Shown in pieces: positions 18,499-27,800 of a DNA stretch of 40,547 bases. Origin of the DNA: Vulcanimicrobiota bacterium (GTDB taxonomy: Bacteria; Vulcanimicrobiota; Vulcanimicrobiia; Vulcanimicrobiales; Vulcanimicrobiaceae); NCBI GenBank assembly GCA_003135555.1, contig PLCF01000054.1, forward strand, positions 55,452 through 95,998. The letters are read 5' to 3'. The position numbers and the translations under genes were made by a program. The notes beneath the pieces are model-generated. The model worked only from the letters and a program-made list of their open reading frames with translations, was not told the DNA's origin and did not search any database. The first letter of the stretch is position 1. The number at the start of each line of letters is the position of its first letter.

Positions 18499-19679
18499 AG
18501 GTTCTGGTGATCGGCGGCGATGGCTATTGCGGCTGGGCCACGTCGATCCATCTCTCCAACCGGGGCTTCGACGTCACGATCGTCGACAGTCTGGTGCGTC
18601 GGGAGTGGGACCGCGAACACGGGCTCGCGTCACTGGTGCCGATCGCGTCGATGCGCCGGCGCATCGACGAGTGGTCGCGCGTCTCCGGGCGCACGATCCG
18701 CTTTTGCGAGACCGATGTCACGGACTACGCGGCGCTGTGCCGGGTCGTTCGTGACGGGGCCCCCGACGCGATCGTGCACTTCGGGCAACAACGCAGCGCG
18801 CCGTTCTCGATGATCGACCACGAGCACGCCCTGCGAACCCACCTCAACAACACCGTGGCGAACTTGAACGTGTTGTGGGCTCTGCACGAGCATGCACCGG
18901 ACGCCCATCTGGTCAAGCTCGGCACGATGGGCGAATACGGAACGCCGAACATCGACATCGAGGAAGGCTTTCTCACCGTCGAGCACAAGGGGCGCACCGA
19001 CTCGTTGCCGTTCCCCAAACAACCCGGGTCGTTCTACCACTTGACGAAGGTGAGCGACAGCGACCAAATCGCGTTCGCTTGCAGAACGTGGTCGCTGCCT
19101 GCGACCGACCTCAATCAAGGCGTCGTCTACGGCACCGCCACGAACGAGACGGAGCTCTCGCCGGCGCTGGCCAACCGCTACGATTACGACCACATCTTCG
19201 GCACGGTGCTCAACCGCTTTTGCGTGCAGGCCGCGCTCGGCCACCCGCTCACCGTGTACGGCGGCGGCACACAGACGCGCTCCTTCCTCGACATCCGCGA
19301 CACAGTCCGCTGCGTCGAGCTCGCGCTGGAGCACCCCGCTCGCAGCGGCGAGTACCGCGTGTTCAACCAGTTCACCGAGACGTTCGCGGTCGGCGAGCTC
19401 GCCGCACGGGTCGCCGGCGTCGCGCGCGGACGCGGCCTGGCGTGCGAAATCATGCACCTGGCGAACCCGCGGACCGAGCGCGAGTCGCACTACTACAACC
19501 CGGTGAACACCAACCTGCGTGCCCTCGGCCTCGAGCCAACGCGGCTCTCGGACGCGACCATCGCCGGGTTGATCGCCCTGGCGCAAGCCCGCGCCACGCG
19601 CGTCGATCTGCGGCTCATCCCGCCGCGGGTCGAATGGCGTCCGGCCGAGCCGAACGAAGGCGCGCCGGCGGTCGCGTAG
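18495..19679 (+). CDS. sqdB: UDP-sulfoquinovose synthase
   Basis: GGDGYCGW, HFGQQRSAPFSM, HLVKLGTMGEYGTPNIDIEEG, PGSFYHLTK, TDLNQGVVYG, GTVLNRFCVQA, RVFNQFTE. Confidence 0.92.
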   Translation: MKVLVIGGDGYCGWATSIHLSNRGFDVTIVDSLVRREWDREHGLASLVPIASMRRRIDEWSRVSGRTIRFCETDVTDYAALCRVVRDGAPDAIVHFGQQRSAPFSMIDHEHALRTHLNNTVANLNVLWALHEHAPDAHLVKLGTMGEYGTPNIDIEEGFLTVEHKGRTDSLPFPKQPGSFYHLTKVSDSDQIAFACRTWSLPATDLNQGVVYGTATNETELSPALANRYDYDHIFGTVLNRFCVQAALGHPLTVYGGGTQTRSFLDIRDTVRCVELALEHPARSGEYRVFNQFTETFAVGELAARVAGVARGRGLACEIMHLANPRTERESHYYNPVNTNLRALGLEPTRLSDATIAGLIALAQARATRVDLRLIPPRVEWRPAEPNEGAPAVA

Positions 19680-19714
19680 CGGCAACCTTGACGAGGCGGC
19701 CGGCGTTGGCGGGG

Positions 19715-20242
19715 ATGATGCGACTGGTCCTCGCCGCTGCCGTGCTTGGGCTGACCGCGGTAGCGCATGCGACACCGCACGCCCAGCCGAAGTCGGCCGC
19801 CCGCAGCGTCATCGTCATCGTCCGGGCGCGAATCGTCTCGGGGACGCGGCAAGCGGCGCGCGCCTACGTGTCGCCCGCGGCGGCGACGTACGTCACCGAA
19901 TTTCCGGCGCCCCTGGTCGTCGCGGTCGCGCCTGAAGCCGCGGAGGGCAAGGCGCGCCGCGTGCGTTTCCGCTGTGTGACCGCTGGTTGCAAAATAGCAC
20001 CTGCCGACCAACCTAACCTGGACGCAATCCATGTGGTCTGGCGTTACGTCAGTCCGATCTCACCCAAGAAGAACATCCTCGACCCGGCTGCGAAAGATGC
20101 CGACGTCGCCGACGGCCGAGCGGCTATCGGGATCGCGATCGAGGCCGCTCGGCCCGACGCGACCTACGTCATCACGGCGACGCCGCTCGCCCAGGAGGGC
20201 GAGCGCGCAGTGCCCGCCACCTTCACGCTCACCTCGCGCTGA
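19715..20242 (+). CDS. Secreted hypothetical protein (beta-rich, possibly Ig-like)
   Basis: Signal peptide MMRLVLAAAVLGLTAVAHA; Cys pair; terminal ATFTLTSR strand. Confidence 0.6.
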   Translation: MMRLVLAAAVLGLTAVAHATPHAQPKSAARSVIVIVRARIVSGTRQAARAYVSPAAATYVTEFPAPLVVAVAPEAAEGKARRVRFRCVTAGCKIAPADQPNLDAIHVVWRYVSPISPKKNILDPAAKDADVADGRAAIGIAIEAARPDATYVITATPLAQEGERAVPATFTLTSR

Positions 20243-20245
20243 ACG

Positions 20246-20821
20246 CTAGGGAGCCTCGGCGCCGCTCCAGCGCGTGAAGAGCTTGGCGTCGATCCCGAAC
20301 TGATCGAGCGCCTTGCCGACCGTGTGCGCGATGATGTCGTCGACGGTCTTGGGCCGCGCGTACATCCCGGGGACCGGCGGTAAGATCACCGCGCCGAGCT
20401 CCGCGAGTTGTGCGAGCGTGCGCAGATGCCCTAAGTGCAGCGGCGTCTCGCGGACCACCAGGACGACGCGGCGCTTCTCCTTGAGGCAGACGTCGGCGGC
20501 GCGCGCCAGCAAGTTGGCGTTGAAACCGTAGGCGATCGAGGACGCCGTCTTGATCGAGCACGGGATCACCAGCATGCCGCCGGTCTCGAACGAGCCCGAG
20601 GAGATCGAGGCCGCGAGATCGCCGTCCCGATGGACGACGCCGGCGAGCGCCTCCACCTCGGCCGCGGTCATGTCGGTTTCCAATTCGATCGTTTGGCGCG
20701 CTTGCTCGGAGAGCACGAGGTGCGTCTCGATATCGGGGATCCGCTGCAACGCCCGCAGCGCCGCGATCGCATAGACGCTCCCGCTCGCTCCCGAGACCCC
20801 GACGATCAGCCGTTTCACCAT
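20246..20821 (-). CDS. ubiX: Flavin prenyltransferase
   Basis: GVSGASG, SISSGS, IPCSIKT, RAADVCLKEKR, VRETPL, PPVPGMY. Confidence 0.93.
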   Translation of the reverse strand: MVKRLIVGVSGASGSVYAIAALRALQRIPDIETHLVLSEQARQTIELETDMTAAEVEALAGVVHRDGDLAASISSGSFETGGMLVIPCSIKTASSIAYGFNANLLARAADVCLKEKRRVVLVVRETPLHLGHLRTLAQLAELGAVILPPVPGMYARPKTVDDIIAHTVGKALDQFGIDAKLFTRWSGAEAP

Positions 20822-20854
20822 GCACCCCGTTCCACGCCGGTCCACAGAATCCGC

Positions 20855-22750
20855 ATGCGATCTGTGGAGGCGCCCGAGGGTCGCGCGGTCGCTGCGCCCG
20901 AATCACGAGGGGTGCTCCTGGTCGACGAACGCCGGCTGCCCCGCGACGACGCGCTCGCGCCCGCGGAGTTCCTGACCCGGCTGGTCGGACGCCGCGTGCT
21001 CGGCGACGGCGAACGCCGGGCGATCGTGCGCCGCATCGCCGCGACGCGCGAGGACGTCAGCCTCCCCGCACAGGTGCGCTCGAGCCCGTCCTTCGCCGGG
21101 CGCGTCCTCGACGCGGTCGACCGCGGCGCTATTCCGTCCGCGTTCGAGACGCTCGCGCAACACGTGCGCACCCTCGTCGCGTTCGCCGACACGCTCGACG
21201 TGGGCAGCGCCCTGCGGTTCGCCGTCGGCGCGCAGCCGGCGCTCGAGGGCGAGACCCTGACCGTCGACGCCGCCTTGCTGGCGCATCCCGACGATGCGTT
21301 CGCCTGGCGGCGGCTGGCCGCCGAGGCCGGGCTGACGCTCGAATCGGTCGAGCTCGGCGCGCCGGCTCCGCCGCCGCTCGACCTCGCCGCGGTCGACGGC
21401 ATCTGCGCCTTGTTGCGCTACGCCGCGTCGCAGCTCGACGTGCACGCGCGCCGCATGCTGATCGCGCCGCAAAGCGGCGTCCCGGCCGACGACGCGCGCA
21501 CCCTGCTGGCCACCGCCGGCGAGCGCTCCGCTCTGCTCGAGGTCATCGCGAAAGGTGCGAGCGCCGACGCGCAGCGCTTCGCGCACGCACTGGGTACGGT
21601 GACCTCAGCGTACAAGGCTCCCGACGCCTCGGCGACGACCGTCCTCGCGACGGTCACCGCTGCGTTTCCGATCGCCGACGGGCGCACGCGCGCGGCGCTC
21701 GAACGCATCGCGCACGACTTCGACGCGGCGCGCGCGTTCGCCGAACCGTGGGAAGCCTCCGACCTGATCGGCGAGTTCGAGGCCGAGGTCGCAGGCGCAG
21801 CGCGGGTGTCGACGGCGGTGAGCGGCATCGAGCCCGCGGAGCCGGTCGCGGACGAGCCGCCGGCCCCGGTCGTGATGCGCAAGCTCTCCTTCAGCGCGTC
21901 GTCGCTCAACGCGTACGCCGAGTGCTCGCGCAAGTGGTGGTTCCGCTATGCCTGCGCGGCGATCGAGGACCGCGGTTCGTCGGCCTCGTTCTACGGGATC
22001 GCCTTCCACGCAGCGCTCGAGGACTTCCACGGCGTTCACGCGCGCTTTGACGGCGCCGACGCGGAGTCGCTGGCGAACGAGCTGGACTTCCGCGTCGTCA
22101 CGGCGTTCGACCGGCATCGTACCCGGTTCGACGCGCCGGTGGAGTTCGAGCTCCAGAAACGCCGCGCTCGGCGCACCGCCAAGAAGTACCTGGCCTGGCT
22201 GCTCGAACGCGCGCGGCGCGCGCCCTTCGCGGTGATCGGCTGCGAGACGCAAGCCGACGTCGAGCTGGGCGGACACCATTTCGTCGGCTACATCGACCGC
22301 CTCGATCGCGACGACCGCACCGGGACGGTCACCGTGGTCGACTACAAGACCGGCTCGATCGCGACGAGCGCCGAGGAGTACCTGGCCGAGGTGCGGGCGT
22401 TTCGCGAGTTCCAGCTCCCGTTTTACTATTGGGCCCGGACCGCGGCCGGCGACGTGGTCACGCGGCTGGCGCTCGTCCCGCTCAAGGATGCGCTGCTCGA
22501 CATCGCGCCGGTCGAGCTCGAGGTCGTGAACGCCTCCCGCGCGACCAACGCGCAGGGTGCGCGCGGCGAGATCGGTTTAGGCGAGCTGGAGCGGGCGCGC
22601 GCGCGCATGATCGCGCTGGCGACGGAACTCGCGGGCGGAACCCTCGCAGTTTTCCCGGCCACGGACGACCCGTCCGCGTGCCGGTACTGCGCCTACGCGC
22701 AAGCCTGCCGCGAACGTCCGCTCGCGCTCGAGGAGCGGTTCGCGCGATGA
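20855..22750 (+). CDS. PD-(D/E)XK (RecB/AddB-type) nuclease with four-Cys Fe-S staple and divergent N-terminal region
   Basis: FSASSLNAYAECSRKW, GIAFHAALE, GYIDRLD, VVDYKTG, QLPFY, CRYCAYAQAC; start uncertain. Confidence 0.85.
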   Translation: MRSVEAPEGRAVAAPESRGVLLVDERRLPRDDALAPAEFLTRLVGRRVLGDGERRAIVRRIAATREDVSLPAQVRSSPSFAGRVLDAVDRGAIPSAFETLAQHVRTLVAFADTLDVGSALRFAVGAQPALEGETLTVDAALLAHPDDAFAWRRLAAEAGLTLESVELGAPAPPPLDLAAVDGICALLRYAASQLDVHARRMLIAPQSGVPADDARTLLATAGERSALLEVIAKGASADAQRFAHALGTVTSAYKAPDASATTVLATVTAAFPIADGRTRAALERIAHDFDAARAFAEPWEASDLIGEFEAEVAGAARVSTAVSGIEPAEPVADEPPAPVVMRKLSFSASSLNAYAECSRKWWFRYACAAIEDRGSSASFYGIAFHAALEDFHGVHARFDGADAESLANELDFRVVTAFDRHRTRFDAPVEFELQKRRARRTAKKYLAWLLERARRAPFAVIGCETQADVELGGHHFVGYIDRLDRDDRTGTVTVVDYKTGSIATSAEEYLAEVRAFREFQLPFYYWARTAAGDVVTRLALVPLKDALLDIAPVELEVVNASRATNAQGARGEIGLGELERARARMIALATELAGGTLAVFPATDDPSACRYCAYAQACRERPLALEERFAR

Positions 22751-25002
22751 CCTGGCGCTCGGCGCAGGGTGAGGGCGACGTCGCCGTGTTGGCGCTCGAA
22801 CGCGCGCTCGCGCTGCCCGCGGAGCACGGCCTCATCGCGTTCACGGGACCCCCGACGAGCGGCAAGACGGAGGCGCTGGTGCGGCGCTTCGCGGCGCTCG
22901 TCGGTGCCGAACCGGCGCTGGCCGGCGCCGCGATCGTGACCGCCGCGCGCGAGGACGGAGCGCGCACGCTGGCCGCACGCATGACCGCGGCGACCGGGTT
23001 CGCCGTGCGGGGTGCGACGCTCGACGAACTCGCGCTCGAGCTGCTGCGCGCGCACCCGTGGGATACCGGCCTGGCGCTAGACCTCGAATTGGTCGACCCG
23101 CTCGACGCCGAGGAGATCTTCGCGCGCGCCGCGGCGCCGCTGTTCTCGCCCGAGTGGAGCGACTGGCTCGGCGCCGACGTCGACCCGGAGATCGCCGGCC
23201 TGCGCACGCCCGCGCGTTTCGCCGATGCGGCACTGCGCTTGATCCGCAAGCTGCGCGATGCCGGGATCGGCGACGAAGCGTTCCTCGCGATCGCGTTGCG
23301 CGGTGCGACGACGTTCTACGCGCGGCCGCCCAACCTCGCGTCGCCCGCGCTGCTCTCCGCGACGAAGGACGAGCACCGGGCCTCGCTCGCGATCGACGCG
23401 GCCGAGCTCGAGCGCCAGCGCCGGCGCGAGCTGGACCTGGCCAAGATCTTGGCGCGTCTGTATCGCGCCTACGTCGACGAGCTGGTACGGCGCGGCTGCC
23501 TCACCGCGAGCGACGCGCTCGCCGAGGCGACGCATCTGCTCGAGCACCGCAGGACGATCGCCGGCGCGCTGCGGCGCCGGCTGCGCGTCGCGTTCGTCGA
23601 TGACGCTCACGATCTCTCGCCGGCCGCGCTGCGCTTCCTGCGCGCGCTGTTCGGAGGCGCCCTCGACGGCGTGGTCGTCGCCGGTGATCCCGACGCCGCG
23701 ACGCAGACGTTCGCCGGTGCGCGTCCGGAGCGTATCTTCGGTATCGCGACGACGTCGGTCGCGCTGCCCGCGCGCACGCTGCACCCGCAGATCGCGGCGG
23801 TCATGCGCGGCGTGATCGACGGCGATCCGGCACGCCCGGTTCCGAGCGGCGACGCCGTGCGCGTGCTGCGCTCTTCCGACCGGCTTGCGGAGGCGGACGA
23901 GATCGCCCAACGTGTGGCGGCGTTGCTGCTGGGCGGCACGCCGCCGGCGCGCATCGGCGTGCTCCATCGCACGCTGCGAACGCTCGCGACGTACGAAGAC
24001 GCGCTGGTCGGACGCGACATCCCGGTCGCGCTGGCCGGCGATCCGGCGTTGTTCGAGCGCGCCGACGTCCGCGACGCCCTCGCGCTGCTGTGGACCGCGA
24101 CGGACGTCTTCCGGCACGCCTGGACGCTGCGCGCGCTGCAGCTGCCGATGTTGCGGCTCTCCGATGCGTCGATCGCGATTCTGTGCGGTGAACCGGCGAG
24201 CCCGCAGCCCGCCTTGTTCGTGCTGCCCGAAGCGGAGGCCGACGGCGACCGGCGCTGGGATCGGAAGCGCGACCTGCGGCTGGGGACCAACCTGCTGCGG
24301 GGCGAGCGCGACGCCGACCTCTCGCCCCAAGCGCGCGAGCGCATCGCCGCATTTCGCGTGCGGCGGGCGCGCTGGACCCAATGGCTGGGCACGACCGACG
24401 TGGCAAGCGCGGCGCGCGCCATTATCGAGGACGGCGGGTTATTGCTGCCGCGACACGGCGAGACGGCCGCCCGCGCTCGGCTGCGCGCGACGCTGGTGGA
24501 GCGCCTTATCGCGCTGGTGGGCTCGTATGCCGCGCGCCATCCTTTCGACGACCTCGCCGGTGCGCTGGGGTACTGCGAACGGCTCGCCGTCGCCGAACAC
24601 GGGCCCGAACTGGTCGACGAGCGCACCGACGCGGTCGTGGTCGCGGCGGTCGAACGCGCGCTCGGGCGCCGCTTCGAGCACGTGTTCGTCGTCGACGCGC
24701 GCGCCGGCGCGTTCCCGCCGTACTACGTCCCCGACGCGTTCCTGTTCAGCCCGACCTACGGCATGATCCCCAAGGACAGCGCCGGGGACGCCGTCGCGGC
24801 GCGCACCGCGAAGTTCACCTGGTACGAACACCATGCGAAGCCGCGCGCAGCATACGTGCGCGAGCAGCGGCGCCTCTTTGCTGCGGCGCTGGGCCGGGCC
24901 GACCTCTCGGTCACGGTTTCGGCAAGCGGCCGTCCCACCCGGGGAGTCGCAGCTCCGGAGCTGGCCGCCGAAGTCAGCGTGCTGCTGGGGAACGCGCGCT
25001 AG
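22747..25002 (+). CDS. UvrD/PcrA-like SF1 helicase-fold protein with degenerate motifs
   Basis: GPPTSGKT, FVDDAHD, AGDPDAATQTFAGA, ALGRRFEHVFV, EQRRLFAAALGRA; ATGA overlap with the nuclease gene. Confidence 0.82.
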   Translation: MTWRSAQGEGDVAVLALERALALPAEHGLIAFTGPPTSGKTEALVRRFAALVGAEPALAGAAIVTAAREDGARTLAARMTAATGFAVRGATLDELALELLRAHPWDTGLALDLELVDPLDAEEIFARAAAPLFSPEWSDWLGADVDPEIAGLRTPARFADAALRLIRKLRDAGIGDEAFLAIALRGATTFYARPPNLASPALLSATKDEHRASLAIDAAELERQRRRELDLAKILARLYRAYVDELVRRGCLTASDALAEATHLLEHRRTIAGALRRRLRVAFVDDAHDLSPAALRFLRALFGGALDGVVVAGDPDAATQTFAGARPERIFGIATTSVALPARTLHPQIAAVMRGVIDGDPARPVPSGDAVRVLRSSDRLAEADEIAQRVAALLLGGTPPARIGVLHRTLRTLATYEDALVGRDIPVALAGDPALFERADVRDALALLWTATDVFRHAWTLRALQLPMLRLSDASIAILCGEPASPQPALFVLPEAEADGDRRWDRKRDLRLGTNLLRGERDADLSPQARERIAAFRVRRARWTQWLGTTDVASAARAIIEDGGLLLPRHGETAARARLRATLVERLIALVGSYAARHPFDDLAGALGYCERLAVAEHGPELVDERTDAVVVAAVERALGRRFEHVFVVDARAGAFPPYYVPDAFLFSPTYGMIPKDSAGDAVAARTAKFTWYEHHAKPRAAYVREQRRLFAAALGRADLSVTVSASGRPTRGVAAPELAAEVSVLLGNAR

Positions 25003-25106
25003 CGGCGCCGCGGGCAGGCCGCCGCAACCAACTTTTCACCCTCCTCTCATGCCGCCGCGCCGCAGCGCCGCAATGATAGCGAGGCAGGAGGCGTTCGGAG
25101 GATATC

Positions 25107-26558
25107 GTGCTGCCGCCCAAGATCGACACGTCGACCGATCCACAGGTCGGTTTTCGCCCGCCGGGGACGCTGGACGCGCCCGGCGCGCTCCTGCCCTATG
25201 CCGGGCGCTTCGGCCGGCGGCAGGCCGCCCATCTGCTGCGGCGGGCCGGCTTCGGCGGCTCCGAGGCCGACGTCGCGCGACTGGCGTCGCTGGGAATGCA
25301 AGGCGCCGTGGACGCGCTGCTGCATCCCGCGGCACCCGACGCCGACCTACCGTCGTACCCGGACGTCACGCCGCTGTACGATCCCAAGAAGGCGCGCCAA
25401 ACTGCGCAGCTGTGGTGGCTCGACCGAATGCTGCGCACGAACCGCCCGCTCGACGAGAAGATGACGCTGTTCTGGCACGGTCATTTCGCCACGTCGATTC
25501 AAAAAGTTGCGCCACCGCAGATGGTCGCGCAGGTCAACCTCTTCCGCCAGTTCGGGTTGGGGCGCTTTCCGGCGCTCCTCTCGGCGGTGACGCGCGATCC
25601 CGCGATGCTGATCTGGCTCGACAACCGTGCCAACGCGAAAGCGCATCCCAATGAGAACTACGCGCGCGAAGTGATGGAGCTGTTCGCGCTGGGCCTGGGG
25701 GCGTACACCGAGGACGACGTCAAGGAAGCCGCCCGCGCCTTCACCGGCTGGACCATCGACAAGAACCAGCAGGCCGTGTTCGTGCCGGCCCGGCACGACG
25801 ACGGGATCAAAACGGTGCTCGGAAAGTCAGGGCGGCTCGACGCCGACGACGTAGTCGCGATCGTCGTCTCGCAGCCGGTGCACCAGCGCTTTCTTGCGCA
25901 CAAGCTGCTCGAGTTCTTCGTGTACAGCGACCCCGAGCCGGAGTTGATCGAAGCGCTCGCGCAAGTCTACGCGCTGGGCGGATTCGACGTCGCCAAGGCG
26001 GTCGGGACGATCCTGCGCTCGGACGTGTTCTTCTCGCCGCGGGCCTACCGCGCGATTCCGAAATCACCGATCGAGCTCGCGCTCGGGACGTTGCGCTACA
26101 TCGGCGCGCAGACGGTACCGCCCAACCTGCCCTACCAGCTGGCGCGGATGGGTCAGGAACCCCTGAACCCGCCCAGCGTGAAGGGGTGGGATGGTGGACC
26201 CACGTGGATCAACACCTCGACGCTGCTGGCACGCTTCAACTTCGTCAACGCTTTGGTCGCGCAGACCGCACCGGCAAAGAACGGCCAGGCCGCGATTCCG
26301 GCCCCGAACGTCGCGCCCGACGAGATCGTACGGCGCGTCGGCATGGATCCCGACAAGATCGCGCAGACCATCGTCGGCGGCGTCGTACAGGACGACGTCA
26401 CCTCCGACGTGCGCTCGACGCTGGTCGCGTACTTGAACTCACAGACCCCCAGCGCGATGGCGCAGAACCCGCTGCCGTTCGGCCCCGAGAACTATCAAGA
26501 CAAGATCCGCGGCGCGCTCGCGCTGACCCTCAACCTCCCCGTCAACCAGCTGGACTGA
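25107..26558 (+). CDS. DUF1800 family protein
   Basis: AAHLLRRAGFG, EKMTLFWHGHFAT, PAMLIWLD, PNENYAREVMELFALG, PPSVKGW; SD GGAGG. Confidence 0.92.
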   Translation: MLPPKIDTSTDPQVGFRPPGTLDAPGALLPYAGRFGRRQAAHLLRRAGFGGSEADVARLASLGMQGAVDALLHPAAPDADLPSYPDVTPLYDPKKARQTAQLWWLDRMLRTNRPLDEKMTLFWHGHFATSIQKVAPPQMVAQVNLFRQFGLGRFPALLSAVTRDPAMLIWLDNRANAKAHPNENYAREVMELFALGLGAYTEDDVKEAARAFTGWTIDKNQQAVFVPARHDDGIKTVLGKSGRLDADDVVAIVVSQPVHQRFLAHKLLEFFVYSDPEPELIEALAQVYALGGFDVAKAVGTILRSDVFFSPRAYRAIPKSPIELALGTLRYIGAQTVPPNLPYQLARMGQEPLNPPSVKGWDGGPTWINTSTLLARFNFVNALVAQTAPAKNGQAAIPAPNVAPDEIVRRVGMDPDKIAQTIVGGVVQDDVTSDVRSTLVAYLNSQTPSAMAQNPLPFGPENYQDKIRGALALTLNLPVNQLD

Positions 26559-26567
26559 AGGATCGCG

Positions 26568-27800
26568 ATGAAGAGACAGCATTTCGTCACGTCAGCGCTC
26601 TCCGTCGCGTTTCTGGGCGGCAACGGTGCGCGTGCGCTCGCTCAAGTCGCCGCGGGCTCACCGCTGCTGCCGGGGTTCGCGAGCGGCGTCGATCCGGACA
26701 ACGTGCTCGTGGTGGTGCAGATGGGCGGCGGAAACGACGGCCTCAACACCGTGGTGCCGTGGAGCGACGATGCGTACCATCGCGTCCGGCCTGCGATCGG
26801 CATCGCGGAGAATGCGGTCCTCAAGCTCAACGACCGGATCGGTTTCAACCCCGCGCTCAAAGGGCTCAACGAGCTCTACAAGCAGGGTCGGGTCGCACTG
26901 GTCCAAGGCGTCGGCTACCCGAATCCCAACCGCTCGCATTTCGAGGCGACGCAGATCTGGGAGACGGCGTCACCCGATCGCCCGCAGCAGTATGGCTGGC
27001 TGGGACGCTATCTCGACCGGCGCTTCAGCGCCGCCAAGCCGGCCTCGACGTTCGAAGCCGTCTCGCTGGGCGACTCGCTGCCGGCCGCGTTGGTCGCCTC
27101 GCACGTCGAAGTGCCCGCGATCGGCGCACTCAACGCCTTTGCGTACAACACCGGCCGCGACCTGGCCTCGAAGCAGAGCGCCGGCGTGCTCTACGACGGA
27201 GCGAAAGCCGGACAATCCCCGTACCTCGCGATGATCGCGCAGACCGCCCGCGACGCGTACCACGGCGGTGACGTGCTGCGCAAGCAAACCGCCGAGTTCA
27301 CCAACAAGGCGACCTACGCGCCCAACGGCTTCGCTCAGCAGCTCGCGCTCGCGGCCAAGCTGATCGGCTCGACCGCCGGATCGAAGATCGTGTTCGTCTC
27401 GCTCGGCTCGTTCGACACCCACGCCGGACAGCGAGCGCAACAGGATCGCCTGCTCGGCTATCTGGGGGACGGGCTGCTCGCGTTCTACGCGGATCTCGCA
27501 GCGCACGGTCTCGACAAGAAGGTCCTCACGATGACGTTCAGCGAGTTCGGCCGCCGGGTCGCGCAGAACGCGTCCAACGGGACCGATCACGGTACCGCGA
27601 TGCCGTTGTTCATCGCCGGCGGCGGGGTGAAGGGCGGCATCTACGGCGAGCACCCGTCGCTGACCGACCTCGACCGCGGCGGCGACCTGAAATTCTCGAC
27701 CGATTTCCGCGCCGTCTATGCAACCGTGATCGAGAAGTGGCTGGGGCGGAATCCGGCCGAGGTCCTGACCGGGGCGTACCCGACGCTCGCCTTCGTCTGA
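26568..27800 (+). CDS. DUF1501 family protein (Tat-like signal)
   Basis: GGNDGLNTVVP, GYPNPNRSHF, FDTH, SEFGRR, NGTDHG, DFRAVY. Confidence 0.92.
   Translation: MKRQHFVTSALSVAFLGGNGARALAQVAAGSPLLPGFASGVDPDNVLVVVQMGGGNDGLNTVVPWSDDAYHRVRPAIGIAENAVLKLNDRIGFNPALKGLNELYKQGRVALVQGVGYPNPNRSHFEATQIWETASPDRPQQYGWLGRYLDRRFSAAKPASTFEAVSLGDSLPAALVASHVEVPAIGALNAFAYNTGRDLASKQSAGVLYDGAKAGQSPYLAMIAQTARDAYHGGDVLRKQTAEFTNKATYAPNGFAQQLALAAKLIGSTAGSKIVFVSLGSFDTHAGQRAQQDRLLGYLGDGLLAFYADLAAHGLDKKVLTMTFSEFGRRVAQNASNGTDHGTAMPLFIAGGGVKGGIYGEHPSLTDLDRGGDLKFSTDFRAVYATVIEKWLGRNPAEVLTGAYPTLAFV

Noticed and set aside
20246..20821. ubiX without an adjacent ubiD
   Set aside because: Unlinked ubiX is common; the partner may lie outside the window
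21874..22750. Cas4-like four-Cys nuclease suggesting CRISPR adaptation
   Set aside because: No repeat-spacer array or cas1/cas2 seen; the long N-terminus and UvrD-like partner fit the AddB/AdnA-type context
25003..25106. Possible SD-sequestering hairpin upstream of DUF1800 (CTCCT...AGGAG)
   Set aside because: Pairing is short and interrupted; not distinguishable from chance at this GC content
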